From assembly GCA_022709695.1 (NCBI GenBank), contig JAKLII010000002.1, positions 346,955-410,954 of the forward strand: a stretch of 64,000 bases of DNA, in the 5' to 3' direction. Every line of letters starts with the position of its first letter. The first letter of the stretch is position 1. This document shows positions 61,029 through 64,000 of the stretch, piece by piece. The stretch comes from Bacteroidota bacterium. GTDB taxonomy: Bacteria > Bacteroidota > Bacteroidia > Bacteroidales > SKPS01. Position numbers and translations under genes: made by a program. The notes beneath the pieces were generated by a model. It did no database searches. It was not told the origin of the DNA and was given only the letters and a program-made list of their open reading frames with translations.

Positions 61029-62581
61029 AACGATACAGAACGGTTGAAACAGGCAGAGTGATGCCGACAGACGAAGAGATTGCCAGCTTGAAACCTCCGT
61101 TTGAAGAGGTGCTGAAGAGACCGCAACCCTCTGTGTGGAAAGGACAGGGCGGTACCATCCGGTGGATGATTACCCTTGTGGCCGGTGCGGCGGCCGTGGT
61201 GGCCGGCATCGTGTTCTGGCAGTCCGGCAGAAATGCCGGCGATCCGGTGGATCCTGCGCCCCTGCAGCTGGGGCAGGCGATTCCGGCACCCCGGATAAAT
61301 CCCCCCCACCCCGGCATGGTACACTATGAAAATTTTACGGTATCCCCGGGGAAAAAGGGGGTATTCACCAGCCGCAAAGGATCAAAAATTACAGTACCTC
61401 CCAACGCCTTCCGGTATGCCGACGGCACCCCTTGCGTTGAGCCGGTTACCGTGCAGTTTGCGGAGTTTCACAATGTGCAGGAGATCTACCTGAGTGGTAT
61501 TCCCATGCAATACGACTCTGCAGGGATCAGCTACACCTTCGAATCGGCCGGCATGTTCGATATCGGCGCCATGGCTTCGGGAAACCCGCTGGAGCTGGCT
61601 CCCGGAAAAGGGATTGATGTGGACCTGGTGTCGGAGGCAGAAGGGGTTTACAATTTCTACTATTTCGATACCACAGGCAATGGCTGGGAATACCGCTACA
61701 CCGAGCCTGCCGGGAAGGTACAGGGTGGTCCTTCAGCTCCTGCACTGCCTTCCGGAAAAACCGGAAAAGCACAAAGTGGTGCTGCTGCGGCAGCCACCGT
61801 TGCGCAATCCGTGGCAGCATCTCCCGATCCGGTAACAGAACTGCCTGACATTAGCCGCCGCAACCCGAAAAACTTCGCCTTCAGGGTCGATGTTGATGAA
61901 AAAACCTTCCCCGAACTGGCAGGGGTGAAGGAGCTGCTGTTTGAGGTAATTGACAACAGCGCCGACAAGAAATACCTGCGGGGCACCTGGGACAGCGTAT
62001 CCCTGGCCCGCGGCGATAACGACGCCTATACGATCAGCCTTTTCCGCCTCAGCAAAGGCTACACCTTCAGGGCCCGGCCGGTGCTCGACACCAAAGCTTA
62101 CGAAGAAGCCCTGCAGCAGTTCAACACTGCCGAAGCCCGACGCACTGCAGAACGGGAAGCCCGCAGGGAACAGGCTTTAAACAGCATCGAAAATACCACG
62201 ATACAGGATCAGGTAATCAAAGGGGTGGCTGCCACGCGTGGAGCCACTATTTACGACCTCGGCACCTGGAACTGGGACAGGCCGGTACCCGAACCCAGGC
62301 ATGCCATTGCCGGAAACGGGGGATTTACCGATGACCGGGGGAACCCCCTCAATCCCCGGATGATCTACCTGGTGCAGAAAAAGGTGAATATCCTGTGGAA
62401 CTACAGGCCCTACCAGCGATGGATGTACAGCCGTACCCAGGAAAACCTGCTCTGGTTTGTGCTGCCCAACGGCCGCTATGCACTGGTGGCGGATCAAACC
62501 CTGAAAAGCCGTGAGGCCACGCTGCAGGCACGTATCGTACCGGCTTCGGAAGCCCTGGAAGAGATCGGACGTTTTATCTGA
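61025..62581 (+). CDS. Single-pass membrane protein, putative anti-sigma factor partner of the ECF sigma
   Basis: 518 aa. Its ATG overlaps the sigma-factor stop (ATGA at 61025-61028). It has a short cytoplasmic N-terminus, one TM helix (IRWMITLVAGAAAVVAGIVFW) and a large extracytoplasmic domain with no recognised family. No zf-HC2 motif is present. Confidence 0.45.
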   Translation: MKRYRTVETGRVMPTDEEIASLKPPFEEVLKRPQPSVWKGQGGTIRWMITLVAGAAAVVAGIVFWQSGRNAGDPVDPAPLQLGQAIPAPRINPPHPGMVHYENFTVSPGKKGVFTSRKGSKITVPPNAFRYADGTPCVEPVTVQFAEFHNVQEIYLSGIPMQYDSAGISYTFESAGMFDIGAMASGNPLELAPGKGIDVDLVSEAEGVYNFYYFDTTGNGWEYRYTEPAGKVQGGPSAPALPSGKTGKAQSGAAAAATVAQSVAASPDPVTELPDISRRNPKNFAFRVDVDEKTFPELAGVKELLFEVIDNSADKKYLRGTWDSVSLARGDNDAYTISLFRLSKGYTFRARPVLDTKAYEEALQQFNTAEARRTAEREARREQALNSIENTTIQDQVIKGVAATRGATIYDLGTWNWDRPVPEPRHAIAGNGGFTDDRGNPLNPRMIYLVQKKVNILWNYRPYQRWMYSRTQENLLWFVLPNGRYALVADQTLKSREATLQARIVPASEALEEIGRFI

Positions 62582-62588
62582 ACCGGCT

Positions 62589-63491
62589 TCAGGGTTTGGC
62601 TTTGGGTGGCAGCAACGCATCAAACGGATTGGTAAGACCCGAGAACGAAGTGAGTTCCATCTTCACATTACCCACAATCACACCGGTTTTCATCAGGATG
62701 GGGAGCTTGTTGCGGTCGTCGGTCACATACAGCTCCATGGCATAATCGTCCTTGAAGACCGTTCCGGTGATCAGCCGCGGTTTGATTTTAATGCAGCGGA
62801 TTTTCCCCAGCGAAGTTTTCAGGATTTCACGCCCCAGGATCTCCATCGAGGATGAATACACGGTGTCGTCAATGAGAAAGTTAAAGCTCCAGGTATCTCC
62901 GGGTTTCGACCGGGAGAGGTCGATGGTGCGGGCATAATAGATCAGGGAGAGAACATCGTGTATGTTCTCGGGGGTTTCCACCACAGCGGTGCGGCCCCGC
63001 TTGATGTCCTGAAAAGTGGCTTTTTTCGATTCCTGATGAAACGTAACATTCTGTTTGATGGTGTAACCCCCTTCACTGACCCTGCGCACGAAAAAGCGGG
63101 GGATCAGAAGCTCTTCATCCACATAGGTCTCGTAGCGGTCGTCGACCTTGTAAAAGAGGTTGAACGCCCCCTTCGTTTTGCCAAGCACCTGGATGTGGTG
63201 GGTATTGCGGCCGTTGATCACCCGGGATCCCTCCTTTACATGGAAGGTGACCTCACCGGCTGTGACCTTTCCGGTAAGGATGGCATCGTAGTACACACGA
63301 TACACCAGTTGCTCCCCCTTGCCGTATGCACTATTGGCTCTCTTCGGCACCGAAGGGGGAGCTATAAAACCGGCAGCCAGTACCATCAACGGAAAAATCA
63401 GCAGAGATAAATATCCGCTGTGCAACCCATTACCCTTTAACAAGCTGTACATACGATTGTAAACCATCGCTTTTTTCATGATCATGCCCAT
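62589..63491 (-). CDS. DUF3108-like protein
   Basis: 300 aa; an alternative start at 63479 gives MKKAM.... It has an N-terminal hydrophobic anchor. GEQLVYRVYYDAILTGKVTAGEVTFHV...GRNTHHIQVLGKTKGAFNLFYKVDDRYETYVDEE resembles DUF3108. Confidence 0.6.
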   Translation of the reverse strand: MGMIMKKAMVYNRMYSLLKGNGLHSGYLSLLIFPLMVLAAGFIAPPSVPKRANSAYGKGEQLVYRVYYDAILTGKVTAGEVTFHVKEGSRVINGRNTHHIQVLGKTKGAFNLFYKVDDRYETYVDEELLIPRFFVRRVSEGGYTIKQNVTFHQESKKATFQDIKRGRTAVVETPENIHDVLSLIYYARTIDLSRSKPGDTWSFNFLIDDTVYSSSMEILGREILKTSLGKIRCIKIKPRLITGTVFKDDYAMELYVTDDRNKLPILMKTGVIVGNVKMELTSFSGLTNPFDALLPPKAKP

Positions 63492-63530
63492 TTAAACGAC
63501 CGTTTGAAGCAAATAGTGTTCCTTCGAGGG

Positions 63531-63656
63531 GGCGGAGCGAAGCCGAGCGAAGCGAGTCCCGAGAGCGAAGCGATTCGGGATTGAGGAGGTTTAGTTGTTT
63601 AGTCATTTAATTGTTTAGCTGATCCGTGAAAATCATCCGCCGGCTGGCGGATCAGC
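63531..63656. repeat. Composite spacer of GCGAAG stutter repeats, GTTTAGT stutter repeats and a competing-hairpin motif
   Basis: GGCGGAGCGAAGCCGAGCGAAGCGAGTCCCGAGAGCGAAGCGATTCGGG occupies 63531-63579. GGTTTAGTTGTTTAGTCATTTAATTGTTTAGC occupies 63589-63620 and has the same word type as 54337-54362. GCTGATCCG (63618-63626) and ATCCGCC (63635-63641) are both complementary to GGCGGATCAGC (63646-63656). Confidence 0.7.
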
Positions 63657-63752
63657 GTTACCTGTGCTGAGCCTGTCGAAGTACCTGCGTTCTATCCTCT
63701 TTGGCAACGGTAGGGTCGGTGAACAGATGATAAGGGTTCGGGGCAGGTTTCG

Positions 63753-63783
63753 TTGTTTCATGGAGAATAAGTATGTATCTTTG
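63753..63783 (+). promoter_or_regulatory. Candidate Bacteroidota promoter for the right-edge gene
   Basis: TTG (63753-63755), a 20-nt spacer and TATCTTTG (63776-63783) are present. The ATG at 63920 lies 136 nt downstream. Confidence 0.45.
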
Positions 63784-63919
63784 ATGGTCAGATTCAATAA
63801 AGCATCAACGGCCAGCGTTTGCGGAGTATCTACAAACAAAACGGACAGGGGGGCAGGGTAAGGTCGTATCTTAAAAAACATTACAAAGAAAGAATCTTAT
63901 TAAAGTGAAGACTTACTTA

Positions 63920-64000
63920 TGAGCAATATCAAATTATTTGAAAGTAACCAGATCCGCTCTGTTTGGAATGAGGCCGAACAGCAATGGTACTTCTCTGTAG
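63920..64000 (+). CDS. 5' fragment of a gene running off the window, with an N-terminus resembling Bro-N / antirepressor-like DNA-binding proteins
   Basis: It is not in the supplied ORF track because it is open at the window edge. Its translation is MSNIKLFESNQIRSVWNEAEQQWYFSV. The F-x5-IR-x8-W(Y/F)FSV pattern is recalled from N-termini of Bro-N-like and phage-antirepressor-like proteins. Only 27 codons are visible. Confidence 0.3.

Overview
This looks like a 64-kb chromosomal segment of a Bacteroidota bacterium, based on T9SS C-terminal sorting domains, a CarboxypepD_reg TonB receptor with DUF4249, the uppS-bamA-ompH-ompH and sigma54 activator-lptE-secG-groES-groEL syntenies, TAnnTTTG -7 promoter boxes and no Shine-Dalgarno sequences. 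I support 48 protein-coding genes. I found no rRNA, tRNA, CRISPR array, transposase or integrase by eye. Most of the content is housekeeping: envelope biogenesis, NAD, folate and isoprenoid steps, glycolysis and chaperonins. Three large or secreted T9SS cargo proteins are also present: a 2281-aa multi-domain giant, a LamG protein and an EEP-fold nuclease/phosphatase. The strongest candidate for something new is an archaeal-type tRNA-dependent amidotransferase pair, gatE-gatD (42302-45682, minus strand). It sits at the head of a tightly packed array with a DUF349 repeat protein and the secreted EEP enzyme, and its flanks are otherwise typically bacterial. Secondary leads are a divergent phosphoglycerate-kinase-like gene next to pgi with an altered substrate-binding motif, the internally duplicated tyrosine-rich beta-helix giant, and an A-free 15 x 7-bp microsatellite flanked by direct repeats. 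Another lead is the recurrent short stutter repeats in many intergenic spacers, which give G-depleted 5' leaders in front of fbaA, groEL and other genes. All calls come from reading the sequence and ORF translations; no searches or computations were run, so family assignments are motif- and memory-based.
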